DNA from: Folioceros fuciformis
Taxonomy: Eukaryota
DNA length: 44,068 nt
Direction: 5' to 3'
Assembly: GCA_049999805.1 (NCBI GenBank)
Contig: JBNGIO010006060.1
Location: 62,001-106,068 of the forward strand
Position 1 is the stretch's first letter. The number at the start of each line of letters is the position of its first letter. Positions 1 to 12,524 of the stretch are shown here, in pieces. Made by a program: the position numbers and the translations under genes. Under the pieces are notes generated by a model. The model was not told the origin of the DNA. It saw nothing but the letters and a program-made list of their open reading frames with translations, and did not search any database.

Positions 1-2846
1 TCAGAGATCCTCTGTCGTAATGTCTGCATATTTTCAAGTAATAATTTCTATTTTAGTAACCACCACCAAAAACAAAAGGTGTACTTACTTGAACTAGTTC
101 TCACCTTGCAGCTTCCAGCTCGCTGTAACATGAACCTGTACAGTGCATTCCAAACAAGTGTCAAAAGCAGCAGGTAATGAAAGACTGAAGATAGATGGTG
201 CGAAAGTACTATCTGCGTATACAGTGAGGCAAGAAAGCTTACCAAGATATTGTTGTTTTCCATTTTGCTTTTTCGGTGTCTCCCTAAAAAATCACAAGAA
301 AACAGAAAAAGACAAAGGTCACTTCAGCGCTTCCCTGTTACAACTTCAGCTATATGCAGGGCCCCTGACAAACCATGAATTGGTGACAAGCGTGAAGGTA
401 GCCTTTAGCTCACGTACCATATGTGTGCCTCCCATCTGTTGGTGCGACGGTAGAAATTGACGCCCTGAAATTGTGACTTACGGGATTCCATCTTCCTGGA
501 CTTGGGTTGCATGTCTTTTGGTGGGCAGCATTGCCCTTGAGCAAGTGCCACCTGGTTGTCTTGCAGCCAGGTTCTCTCCATGATGGCGTACCTTAAGTAA
601 AACGACAGAGGTCCTGTCCTCTCCGCTGCTGCTAGTGTCGTCCCCGGCAGGCCGTTGAAAAGGTCAGCCGGAAGCCTGTCCCATGAAGACTGATCATTTC
701 CGCCAGGGCTCTCCAGTGAAGTAGCGGCCACGGGAGGCGCGTTGAGGTCGACAATTGGCGTGATCACCTCAGGGGACAGATCACGCCGAGGTGGAGACCG
801 ATCATAGGTTTCTGGAGCAGCTGCCGGTGCCACCTCCTGGTCCACATACCGAGCCTGAAAAGCACACAGTACAAGCATGTGAAGAAACTGCATCCATGCG
901 CGCATATGACAATCTGCATCCTTGCGTACAGTTGCACTCTGCCGAACTTTGATCAAACAGCGCAAAACCAGGAAGTATTGAGGGATCGCTTGCCAGATCG
1001 TGAAATTGAGGAAAACGAGTAATTGACAAACAACAAAATGACAGTCACATTGCACACTGGATCATTATGTCGACGCGATGCCCTGAAGTGCAGCTACTTG
1101 ACGTGCACAACCCCATGAGTTCCACGACAGAGTATGTCATATACCTGAATTCTACATGCAGCTATATAATACAAAGGTGCACAAGCTTGAGAAGAGTGGT
1201 GATACACTCACATTTGAAGATGAAGAGCTTTCTTGGTGTTGTCCAACGTCAGGCCCTGTGGACGAGCTTGGAGCCTACAGACATCGTCGAGGAGCATAAG
1301 AACATCGCAACTGCATCGAGATGCATCGCATCGGGCACCCAGGCAGACAATTCAAGCTTGACGACGCACACACATTCATACAAGTCTTCTATCACCGGGG
1401 TGGAGAACAAGACTGGGCTATGGAGACATTTAGGAATTCCGTCCCAGAAAGTTCGAGATGCATCTTGGCTCACGTACCGGTGGCTTGTTCAGGTCGATTG
1501 CTCTCATGGGCTGGTTCCCCTCGAATCCAGCAGAGTATCCGGACTCGGACAATGAAGCATATGCAGACGAAGCTCTCCTTCTTGGTATTCGCGAAGTTGA
1601 GCGCACCCGATGGTGAGCCCATCGAGTTGGACTCCATACTTTCCCACGGCCATCTGCATGGTTGGGAATAGCACTCGCGTGAAGATGAATGGGTGCTAAT
1701 GCGGTTGTAGGCCTGTCCTTGGCGGCGCCCGCCTGCACAAGGTCTCAGAAAATCAATCGTGGTGCTGCGCTCAGATTGGAGTGGAACTGAAACTGACCAG
1801 GCTTAAAAATAGCTCAGGCGTGAAAGCACGCATTACTTTAGGCTAAGCAGAAAAAGCAGTCATGAATAGCAACTTCCTTCAATTTCCCGTCATGACAGAT
1901 CGAAGAAAAAGCATGGTCATGACGTTAGCCATTTCACGACAGACATGTCCGAGCTTTCGCGAATAGACAGATCAGACGTGTGCTGCAAATACCCAAATCA
2001 CCAGCTGGTCAGTCCACAAACCTTCTCATTTGCAATTGCGTTGGTAGTATGCTTCCTCTTGCGGCCAGCGGCTTGTGGTGACCCTCCTCCAAGGGGCTTA
2101 GGGGCTGTCGCTAAAGGAGGCCCGGATTTGGATTGGCCTAGCTTCAAGGCCCGAGACGTCTTCGTCACTACGCACCGCGCACAGGTCGGGCCAACAATCA
2201 GAAAACGACCATCGTGAGCAGAGCTTTCAAGAGCAATGCAAATCCAAAATCCGATTAAAGTGCGCAGGAGAGAGCAGACGTTGGAGGATTTACCTGGAGC
2301 AGAGGTCGGAGGTGGAGGACCCGCCTCGCGGTGAGCCTGCGGTACGTGCGACGCCCGAGATGTGGAAGGAATGGGCACGGCAGGAAGGTATGGCGGAGGA
2401 GAAACGAGTGGAGTGACAGGAAGCACATGGGGATGTGCTGGTACCAGGCGAAGCTGATTGAAACTGGGCGGAACGAGCAGAGTCGAAGGAAGCAGAGCAA
2501 GCGAGGGTACTGACACAAGCACAGGCTGTGGAGCCCGTGCCGAGGAAGGCTTGCGCAGCAAAGGGCGAGCTCGAGCTCGCAGGGGGGCTGCGTCTTTGAT
2601 TTTCATACCTCGAAAGTCCAGCCTTGGCCTCCAAATTCGAATGCGGCTCCGGTGTCGGGCGATGGCCTCCTCACGCTTCCGTCGAGCTTCCCAAGCTGCA
2701 ATACGGCGATCGTTTTCGGCAGGATGCAGATTCAGGTCCACTGCGGCGTGGAGCCGGGGTTTTGTTACCGGCGCCGCCAAAGGACCCGCTTCAACGAAAG
2801 GAAGCACCACCGGCGCCGGGGGTCTCGATACCCGAATGCGAGCCAT
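1..2846 (-). CDS. Divergent euAP2-type AP2/ERF transcription factor with three DLN (EAR-like) motifs; 3'-partial (gene X, copy A)
   Basis: Manual GT-AG model with concordant phases: 2846-2294, 2167-2022, 1732-1478, 854-418, 283-243, 135-105, 23-<1 (about 495 aa in window). The spliced AP2 repeat reads KSRKMESRKSQFQGVNFYRRTNRWEAHIW|ETPKKQNGKQQYL|GSCYSELEAAR|HYDRGSL, with introns at the euAP2 positions. Motifs: AVDLNLHP, AIDLNKPP, IVDLNAPP and basic GRKRKH. The AP2 exons are secure; joining of the first three exons is inferred from phase and splice signals. Confidence 0.82.
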
Positions 2847-3519
2847 CTTCCCGTCTGGCTATCTGGAGCTGCAGACATCCGAACAGTGCTGTTAGCAGAT
2901 TCTATCGCAAAACTCCTCCTCCTCGTGAATCTACTTACGACAATCCAGCAGAAGGGCGTGGCGAAAGGAATGCGGAGGTTACCTGGCGCTCTCAAGCGAA
3001 CGAGAACCGATCCGGAATGCTGGAGAGCTACCACGAGGAGTGACAGACACCTGAAGCAAGCTTTGGATAAAAGGGAGTAAGCTTTCAACTGCTTTGCTAT
3101 AGCTGGAGACAGAAGGAGGCAACAAGAAGGACTTCGGGCTTTTTTGGTCAGCTGGATAGTCGAATTGCTTACCGCTGAGCCAGAACGGGGCTGGCCGAGG
3201 AATGTCGGGTCGGCGAGCAAGCTTGGACGCTCCAAGAAGCTCGGCGGACGAATGCGATGCAGGACCTCAAGGTCGCTGGCCTCGCGGGGTCTCTGGCTGA
3301 AAGTGAACTGCTTGAGGAAACCGAGGCCAGGGGAGAGTGGGGGGGAGAGACAGGCCAGAGAGAGGGACCAGACGACGACGAGGGAGGTGGAGAGAGGAAG
3401 TAGAGAGAGGTACGAAATTAATCCTGTGGTAAAGCGCCACAGCAAACCCTCACATCACATTACTCTTCCCTTGCTTTTGCTCTTGACAGAGACTGACCCT
3501 CGTGCTCTCCCTTAAGTTC

Positions 3520-3528
3520 AAACCCTAA
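3520..3528 (+). promoter_or_regulatory. Telo-box-like motif AAACCCTAA upstream of gene X copy A
   Basis: Exact AAACCCTAA about 670 bp upstream of the ATG, near a GA-rich tract (3335-3410). Copy B has a similar CACCCTAA near 13898. Short motif that could be chance. Confidence 0.25.
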
Positions 3529-3639
3529 TTGTCGTGACTTGTGACGGGATGATAATCGGCCTGTCAAGTGAACCCGCCTGTCCTTAGCCTCTGAGAATCA
3601 GGCGCCTGAGGGCCCTCAGGCCCTCAGGCCTCAGGTGGT

Positions 3640-5420
3640 GGGGAGAATCTGACGTAACCGACTCCACGTTCCCGGTACTGCGCTCTAAATTGGGTGGACG
3701 CGGTTGAGGGAGCCAGAATTCCCGACCGAGACACTGGTACCCCTAAACCTACCACATGAATCTTCGACTGCCAGACACTGCACTGCCCGAGCAGGCGACG
3801 GGCGGGACAGGCAAGACCGGAACAGGACGAGCGGGTACAGGCGAGGACGGGCTTGGGAATAGGCACTGACATGAGAGACTACCTTCGACGGCACGGCACA
3901 GAGACGGCATCCTCACTGAAAGCCACGCATACGCTGAGCCCCCCAGCGGAATGAAGTAGGCTTCCGCTCAGCATGCGCCCAAGATTCCAGTTCTTGCCCA
4001 GCGAGCCACTGAGCCTGTTTTCTTTTTGTTTGAGCTTACTACACATCAACCCAGTTCGCGCTTTGCCGTCCCGGCCATGTCCTGGCGGGACAGATGAGGA
4101 GCACAGATGCATCTGGTGAGCGACTTTCCCGAGCTCTCCAATGCAAACTGGTGGCAGTCCTATGAGGCATGGACATTGAGTCTTCCAAGGCTGCATTCCC
4201 ACACTCCTTTAAATTTAGAATTCGAGCCATTTCGGACCTCGTCCTTGCAAGCAAAGCGTGTGACAACAGCGCTGCTGGCAATGCTGATTCACATCCGGAT
4301 GTGGTTCCAAGGTTCTCAGGTGGCGGATGGGTGCGGGAGGGAATCAAGCGATGCTGCGAAGAAAGGGAGGTTGATTCCTGGGTCTGGGCTCGCGCTGAAG
4401 AAAACAATCAATTGCGCACTAAAGTAGGAGCAGGAGCAGTCACATCTCAGAGCTTCTTGATTTAAATTGACAAGCCGGGTGGCCGTAACCAGAACCCGCG
4501 CTGCCCAGTGCTGTACACCACTTTAGTTAGAGGCCTGACAACACTCAAGCCTCTGGCTCTGGCAGGGCCCAGCACGGACAACCGCATTCACTAACCTCCC
4601 TTTCAGGCGCACGGCCTCCGCTCAAGTCTGGGGTTTGAGGAAAGGATGAGCTTGAAGGGCGGCAACAAGACAGTATGTATGTATGTATGTCTGTATGTGT
4701 GCATGTATGTCCTTACGCACAGATGTACTCTGTCCAAGAGTCCTGACCCTGGCCCTGGAAAATTGCCCTGAACACTTGGAGTTGCATGCATGACCCTGGA
4801 CGACAGGTGACGCTCAGGCAGGCCCAGCCTACCTGCTGCACTTTGCCTGGAGACTTCAACACCAGCTGACACTTGCAAGTCGCAACTTGCCATTGTAATG
4901 TATGTACATACCTGCTCCTCTCCGTAGATCCGGACTTCCTGCGCATGCCGAGGTGCTGATAACTCACTGTGTCTCCCATGCTCGGACACCGGTTTAGCAG
5001 AACGTGTCATCCCCCATCCCTGGTGGTGCCCTCTACCTGTCTGTGGAGCAGGCGCGGCTAGGTCAGACCGGGAAATTCACGGCCCAGGCTAGGGGAGGGC
5101 TACGCATTGCTGCTACGAGTCGTGACTTCGATTAGTATTAATAAAGCAGACGGTCATTAGCCACTAACAGCAGTTAATATCGGAAGTTAACACGAGAAAG
5201 TAGCTTCAAGCACGGGGCAGTTCATGGCTTTCTACAGAAGACATGGTTGGAGGGCTTTCCGTCACCAGCGAGACGTCTAAATCTGCCCTTCCAGCTTGAC
5301 GTTACTTGAGGAACATAACATGGTGTGTATGATCCATCAACAAAAAGCAACTCTCAACAATATTATCGAACCAGTTGCACCGTTATCTAATCAACAGCAC
5401 TTTATGCCCTTTCACATGCC
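3640..5420. other. Conserved intergenic module of the triplicated unit, copy A (possibly a decayed gene)
   Basis: Shares blocks with 19250-20960: gcaggagc(a/g)gtcacatctcag, tgtacaccactt, gttgcatgcatga, aagtcgcaacttgc, ggctaggtcaga. Shares gagacactgg and gattccagttc with 14000-14700. No reading frame is conserved across copies. Confidence 0.7.
4673..4708 (+). repeat. (GTAT)n imperfect microsatellite
   Basis: gtatgtatgtatgtatgtctgtatgtgtgcatgtat. Confidence 0.8.
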
Positions 5421-5828
5421 TTTATGATTCAGCGCTGTCACTCTTGCACCTGACGGCTCCACTTCAGAATTTAGATTGAGCATTCTGCAATGATCAGTTG
5501 TCCCTAATGTGGGGCCTGCCTCATACGCGAAGGGAGGAAAGACTCAGTGATTATTAGAGTTAAGGCAATCCAGTACTACCCGCTGAAGCCTACAGACTGT
5601 GCAGCCATTCATGCGAGGTCACAAACAAACAGACACTATGGATTAACACAAACTCGTGGAAATAGATTCGAAGTAGGGATCCTACATGCCCTCTTCATGA
5701 AAATGTGTAGCAGCACAAACGTCACCACGCCATGGAAATAAGCTCCTTCAGCCCAGCCGTGGAAAGAAGCTCAGTAAGTCCAGCAATGGAAACAATCTCA
5801 GTCAGACTAGCCTTCTACGTACCTCAGA

Positions 5829-6233
5829 CTACCCGCGACGCTGCTTAGAACCACCCTGTGACTGGCTGGATCTGGCTGCCCCTGCCAGCGAGCCCTGAAG
5901 ACGTAGTTGGTTGCCAGAACGACGAGGTACGTCATTCGGACGGAACACGGATACCAAGGTCGATCCGGGGAGGATCGGAACCCGATCAGAAGCCGTCGTG
6001 GGCGGCGGACCCGGGGCAGAAGTTGCAGTTAGAGCTAGCTGTGCTTCACCAGAAGAACTGTGGGCCAACAGAATCAGCTGCCCCAGGATCAAGAGCCTGA
6101 TATCTACACCTGCCCTTTCCACCGTTTCCACAGGCACCAGACAACGCAATGGTAGCGGTGCAGAAGACTCTGGCTCCGGATCCACACAAGGAAGAGACGG
6201 GCGTGGCGTTTGTTCATCTTTCCCCCTCCTCAT
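5829..6233 (-). CDS. Orphan Pro-rich, disordered protein (gene Y, copy A), 134 aa; may be a pseudogene
   Basis: ATG context (gccATGaggagggggaaag) and upstream sequence are homologous to copies at 15693 and 22448. Peptide PPPTTASDRVPILPG matches SPPTTVLVPILDPG (B) and APPTTSRDPLLL (C). No recognisable domain. Confidence 0.45.
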   Translation of the reverse strand: MRRGKDEQTPRPSLPCVDPEPESSAPLPLRCLVPVETVERAGVDIRLLILGQLILLAHSSSGEAQLALTATSAPGPPPTTASDRVPILPGSTLVSVFRPNDVPRRSGNQLRLQGSLAGAARSSQSQGGSKQRRG

Positions 6234-6899
6234 GGCTATTGGCTAGCCTGTGAGACAAGCCGATCGTGGTCATGAGCACGCAAATTACCAAGCGCTCAGT
6301 TTCACAAGCGCAAACACAAGCAAGGCATACGTTGCACAGCGAGCACAACATCCTTGGAGCTCAGGCCACAAGGATCGAAATGCCATCGCTCTGCAAAGTA
6401 CGAGGATTTAACGCATTGCAACCAGGCCGAATGGGAAGGCGGGGAAGAAGCTCGGCAGCGAGCAAGGCGTTTGCAAACTCCAAGATACTCTTTACCTGCG
6501 ATATCTGTTAGCGCAGTAGTGGCGCCGGCGCCTGGCTCCTTTGTGCTGGACGTTCCTCTGCTACCGTCGTGAAGAAGCTGTCCTTGCTGTCTCTCCGACC
6601 ACCAGGTCAGCTAGCTCTCCCGCCTTCTTTCCCATTTAGGTCTGTTGTGTCACAGCAAACCCAGAAACCGGGGTAACACGGAGACTAATGATTTAACTTG
6701 TCCCACCTAACCCGGGTGAAGGCTGTTCCCGGCTGCCAGGATGTTTAGGCTTTCTATGTACATATTTGGTAGTTATTTGAGCTTTCTATGCCTCTCGCAA
6801 GCTATTTCATCTCTGAAAAAAATATTTGAATTCTTTTCAGCGTGGTTTGTGTTCTGGTTTCACAGCAAGTCTCCATAGCTGTACGCAGGGCCCTCTTTA

Positions 6900-9800
6900 C
6901 CGCTTTTTTCTTCACTCGGCCTTACCACCTTGCTCCCCCAAAGAAAACTCACATGCTGGAGGGAGACCATGCTAGAGGCTGATTTCACTTCTTAAGCTGT
7001 TGGGAATGCCATTGTAAAGCTCTAGCACATTGGATATGGCCCCACATGCGAACGTAGGTGCATTCTTCATAATGAGGATTTGTAAGGGGGGTGGTGCATA
7101 CATGATAATTTGCTATTATGAGGAACTCAAACTCCATATTCTTAGGCCAATTGTTGCATGAGATCCTCATCTCCTGTCCACACTCCAAGCCTCTTTGCAT
7201 CGCAGGGAGGGTCAATGGTTTGAATGTGGATTGCCTAGCCCCACTAAGACCATTCTAAAAAACATGATTAAAAATTATAGTGACTTGTATAACGTCAAAC
7301 ATGAGAAATTTACAAAGGGGGAATGTCATGATCCTCTTAGGAAGGGGGTAGACCTTCTTGATGAAAAAGACACCCTTCTTGAAATAGAAAAAATGAATGG
7401 TGCTTGTTAATCACATACCCTCTTCCTTGCCTACGAAAAGAGTGAAACATGAATTAGATGAAAACTAGTTAGCATGCAACGTAGGGAGAGGGCGCCAGCC
7501 GAAAGGACATGCATATTGCAACACCTTGCTTCACTGACACACATTATAGACCATTTTGGATCACAAGGGTTCTTGAAGTGAAGCTAAAGGCGCAGAGGCC
7601 AATCTTTGTTAGTGTAGTGATACAAGACAGAGCACACTAATGGATTCGAGGGGAAGTATGTCAAGGAATACGTCGTGTGAGGGAGGGTGATTGACGAACG
7701 AGGGCGTTCTAGGCCGCATGGGTGGAAATCTGTTTACCCTAAAAATGTACAAGAAATATATTTGAATGATATAATTATCTTGTACTATGGTTTCAACTTA
7801 ACCGCATGGAAACACTTATATGCAGCGGACAAGACGGCCATTAGAGACAAACTGATTGCCTCGTGTGGGTGCATCGAGCCACCAAGGAGATGGGTTGCGA
7901 TGATAGTGAAGATAACAATGATGGTGATGTTTACATAGACAATGTATGATGATGTTCTGGATGAAGTCGTCAATGATGCTTGCGAGCTATAGTTCAAAAA
8001 TTAGGTCATAGGTAGTAGTAAACAAAAATTGTCCTGTCCCTGTGAACCGTTGAGAAAGGGTTGGGATTTACATGTTTTCATCTACTTTGCTGTAATCCAT
8101 TGTGAAAGAAAGCATCCATAGTAGGCAACACTCGCCTTGTGAAAAAGATAAACCCATCTGTATAACAAGGTAGTCACCATATGCGATATGGCTGACCATT
8201 GTTATTGTCTACCAATACACCATGGGGGTACGTACATATCAACACAAGCAGTATGATTAGATGCTAAAGGCAATGGATGTCGGGCGGCACCCACGCAATG
8301 TCTCGGGCCTAAAGATTCCTAGTGTTGAACGTGTATGTGATCTAGTGGTACGTAACCTTGTAAGTGCTTTCAGAAACCTTTCCCTTCAACATGTGATACA
8401 TATCCCCAACGTTGATGTTGGGCTTCACCATCGTTCCCCCTTAATGAAGAAGATATTGTGAAGGTGATAGTGGGACATTAGAGGCAATTGTAACACAGCT
8501 CTCATCACTCACGCTCACTCAAAACCCAGACGGAAAGAAAGGAAGGAGCGGCTTACATGGTTTGGCTCATGGGCTCAAAACAAGGAGATTGATGCATTTC
8601 TTACAAATCATCGACCATGCATGCAGACACCGGGCTATGAGAATGGTAGGATTGGCTAGCACACTGACCTTGTTTTCCGGCGTTCATTTCTGACAAAGGT
8701 TTAAAAAAGCCCTAGCTAACATCATCGTTGACCTCAATACAAGAATATTGTACATTTGCCACCCTTCATGTATATTCCTCCCCTTGCAAATTTCTCTTGT
8801 TGTCATAGGTGTTTATCATTGGAATTAATAAGAGAAAAGGTGTGCCACCTTTTCTAAAGAGCGACCACACACCACCTTTTCCAAAGAGCACTAGTGTGTT
8901 GAGACTCTTCAGAGCAAAAGTTCTACTCATGAATGCATTTTAAGCAAATACAAATGAATCTTATCTTTGGCTTATCTAACCTTTTTTTTTTGCGAAGAAA
9001 AAAATTCATGTTAAAAGAACAGCTCAAGGCTGCAGTAGGGATTGCCAAGGAACAACATTAGTAATTGGATTATGAGTTAGTGCTTAAAGCTAGCTGTAGA
9101 CTGAAAGAAAAAAACTACTCTTAACCTATACTAGTATCTGAGATGTACCCCACCTCCGGAGTGGGGGGAAAGACTTTACCTGCCCCACGGACAAGAGTGA
9201 TTCCACTGTCTACTATGCCCAAGAAAGCCAGCTGATTTCCACTCTTTCCACTTGAACTTGTTAGGAGCAAAGGCACGAATGTTGTCAGCAACCACTAGAG
9301 CTTGTTCCCAAATATGCTGTAGGATTTGGAGAGTGGGCCGTAGGGTTTTGTGCGAAAGAAAAAACAAAAGAAGGGTTTAAGGAGAGACCCGACTTATTTC
9401 AGACGCTATTAGTTCTTCCTCTGACACACATTCTATCAAATTCTCTATGAGGTTGCACTTTTGCACCTTGCTAAGTGTCACAATATGGTCATCTTCTCTA
9501 GTTTATCTCGTTAGCCTGACAGCTCTAGCAATTCCTTTCTTAGCAATGAGGGACTTTTCTCTAGTATGCTAGACTATGTTATCGGTGATGTTCATCTCGT
9601 TTCAGGCATTTCCATGTTGAATACCTTTGACTTAGACTACATGGAGTCTGTGGGCGAGCAGGTATGGTACCCCTACTAGACACTGCTCACATGTATCGTG
9701 GCCACATCAATCCCACAGTCGTTGTAGGCTTCCTTGGAATCGCTCCCTTCGAGCCCGGTGGTCAGCTTCCCCCAACTACGTCTATTGTTCACCTATGACA

Positions 9801-11600
9801 GTCATCACTCTCAATCACATACCACCTACCAATCCTACAACACATCCAGTCAGTAGGAGGACACCATTCACTCAGCTAGAAGGACCCTAATACACTCCCT
9901 ACCGACTTCTACCTCCCTACACTAAATACCCCTTGTTCAACAAGACACCCTACGACACCTTTCTTAACCCAACAATCTAGCTGCTCTTCGCACTACATCC
10001 AACAACCAACAAGTTTTTCCTTGGGCTGGTTGCTGTGTGCTTGCACCTGTTAGTGAGAACTTCCAAGGAGTCTTTCCCTAAAGTCTACCCTCAAGCCAAT
10101 AGTCTCGTAGGTATTGCCACACACCTATGGCAAATCAACTCGCACAACAACCATTCACAAGAGAAGCAACTTGCAAGGGTGCCCATGGAAGAATTTCAGC
10201 CCTCTGCCAAGCACTACGACCACTACAACTGTAGCCACAACTAGGCGTTGTGTTGGCACACGACCGGCAATGAAATCCCTATGCTTAGTTGAGCATGAGA
10301 ACTCACCATGAGAAGAGTGCAAAATTGTGGTGGTTCATTTCTTTGTGTAGCCCCTTCTTATAGGAGAGATTGACACATGAACCCTCCCCTACATATACCT
10401 AGGTGGTGGGCTACCCTCCTCTCACACTAGCCACCACCAACTTTAACTACGCATACCTACCAAGAGACTAAGACCTACCAATAATTGCCAAGGGAGTGCG
10501 CCCCGCTGAAAATTGGGATAGTGAGCTCCGCCATAGAAGATTCTTAGACCCCCCCTTCCAAAAGGGAGTGGCTAGGACTAATCCTGAAGGCAAGTAGAGT
10601 CAGTGGGCTGAGTCGCTAGGCCCCCTTCATTATTGGAATCCGTCTTCTCTTAGGTCTGCCAGCTTCCATCATACCTTTTTCTGCATGAACCTCTTGGGAC
10701 ATCCCTTCATTACCACCTACTGGTCTACTTGTTTTGACCCTTTGGAAAAACCATTGCATCATATTTTTATTCCCCTTGCTCTAGAGGCCAAGGACTTCTC
10801 AAGACTTATCAAAACTTGCACAAAGGCTTATCATAGTCACAAGAATAAGTTTCTCCCTCTTTCTTTGGTGCTGGCCTTTTTTTGGCAGCATGCTTATGGA
10901 CGTGACAAAAAGCTTTGGCAAACACGATTTACCAAGGAAAGAGTTTTAGTGGATGTGGTTTATGCGGCAAAAGAGCTTTGGTGAATGCAGTTTATGTGGC
11001 AAAGAGCTTTGGTGAACGTAGTTTGTGTGGCGAAAGAGCTCAAGTGAATGCAGTTGAAAGGTCGTCCCACCAGAGCAAGTTTTGTGGCATCAACAATTTC
11101 AGTGGCATCAATAGGTCCAAATCCAAGTATGCTGTGTATCATATCCAACCATGATATTCTAAGGGTTGTAGGTACTGAGGTGGTATTCATAGGGGCTAGT
11201 CCCTTCTTTTTCTTTCAGACCTCTTCGGATCTCTTTTTCTTCTTGTTTGAGGTAGATGGGGATCTCCATCTCTTTTAAATAAGTTACACAAAGTGCTTTA
11301 GAGCATTACATACTACCGCATGACACACATATGGATGTGGACTAACCAATATATGTATCGAGACAAATAACAATTAAAAATCGCTGTATAGTAAAGGTTG
11401 ACAATGGTAGTCTAAGATGGTCATCTACGGATATCAGCCAGCATGCATCTACGTACTCAAACTTAAACGCCAAAACAAAAATGGACTTACACCACGATGA
11501 ACCTTTAGAGGTTCCAACACTCTCTCACAACGGTAACACGCGCAGGTCATACTGGCCAGGATACAAGGAAAATCAGTACTCGAAGATCGCGACTAAGTAA
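6900..11600. mobile_element. Degenerate, probably transposon-derived insertion between units A and B
   Basis: Drop in GC, only short broken ORFs, internal short tandem repeats, and no counterpart in the other units. It begins where homology of X copy B to exon 4 of copy A stops (about 11630). No termini or TSD identified, family unknown. Confidence 0.4.
10950..11057 (+). repeat. About 33-bp imperfect tandem repeat (3-4 copies)
   Basis: ggcaaaagagctttggtgaatgcagtttatgt / ggcaaagagctttggtgaacgtagtttgtgt / ggcgaaagagctcaagtgaatgcagttg. Confidence 0.75.
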
Positions 11601-11629
11601 AGACTAACACAACCCTTGTTTAAGAGCGT

Positions 11630-12524
11630 CGTCCACATGTATCAGCCTGCATGCACCTACGTACCAAGGTTCGAAGGTGAGATCTCAATCTCGTTACGTA
11701 GGTCCATCCTACACGAGATCCTCTACTTTTCTAGAATAATGAGGGTAGACTTGCATTTGAGGCAGACGAACTTAGCTCTAGTGTCCCTCAATTAAGCCAT
11801 CTCCGGACGATCGTGAAGCCTGCGCACATTGTTGACGAGCATAAGAACCTTGGAACAAGCAGGCGCGGAGGCACACGTTACAAGAAGCTTAACGCTGGTG
11901 CTAGTCTAGAGGCTTACGTACCGGTGTCTTCATAACGTCGATCCATCTTATCTGCTGATTTCCCAGGTTGGCGAGAGCTGAGGATCTAGACTCAAAATAC
12001 TGTGGCCTCTGCCAACATTACCGTGGCATCTGCCATCGGCCATATCTTCCTACTGATACTGTGACATCTGGCCATATCATCCCCGTTATTGTGTCCCCTA
12101 TGACCCTTCTTCCAGCTGAGGAGCATGATTGCGCCACACAATTGGACCCAATATTCCCCCACTGTCAGGCTCGCAAGAGAGAAAAAAAGGGTAGGTGAGG
12201 GGGGGTGTAGCGTCGTCCTTATTGCTGTTGTTAGCCCCTGCCTGCAAGCATTCAATTAAGCATCAAATGACGATGCGCACATGGGGGACTGAACAAGTGA
12301 ATCCGGTTAAAAATTGGTCGTCAAGGCAAACTTTATTTTATTATGAGGACAGAGTCTTCCAAAGCAAGCTGCAGTGAAGATGCATTGTCATGAATTGTTA
12401 GCCATTTCAGGACAGGCTATTGAGCTCTAAGTTAGAGGTAAGCTTAGGCAAATGTGCAGCGAAAAGTGTGCTGCGTAACGCCAGGTGTGAGTTCACAAAC
12501 CTTCCTAATGCCATTGCCCGCTTG
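11630..12524 (-). pseudogene. Decayed remnants of exons 3-4 of gene X copy B
   Basis: Homologous splice sites are retained (donor after 12501, acceptor before 12241, donor ccg|gtacgtaag after 11922, acceptor near 11646). The exon-3 frame has a stop, AIDLNKPP has become WIDVMKTP, and no AP2 exons follow. Confidence 0.65.

Noticed and set aside
405-1055. ORF-track 216-aa protein as a standalone gene
   Set aside because: The N-terminal part is intronic (acceptor at 855-856) and the end runs into a donor at 416-417; it is exon 4 of a larger gene.
2458-3515. Several overlapping plus-strand ORFs opposite gene X (also 12921-13798, 15314-16191, 37299-37787)
   Set aside because: Antisense shadows of GC-rich coding or promoter sequence with no recognisable product.
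9586-10671. Solo LTR as a definite feature
   Set aside because: tgatg...catca ends are present but the flanking 5-mers (atcgg, tacct) do not form a TSD; kept only as a hypothesis.
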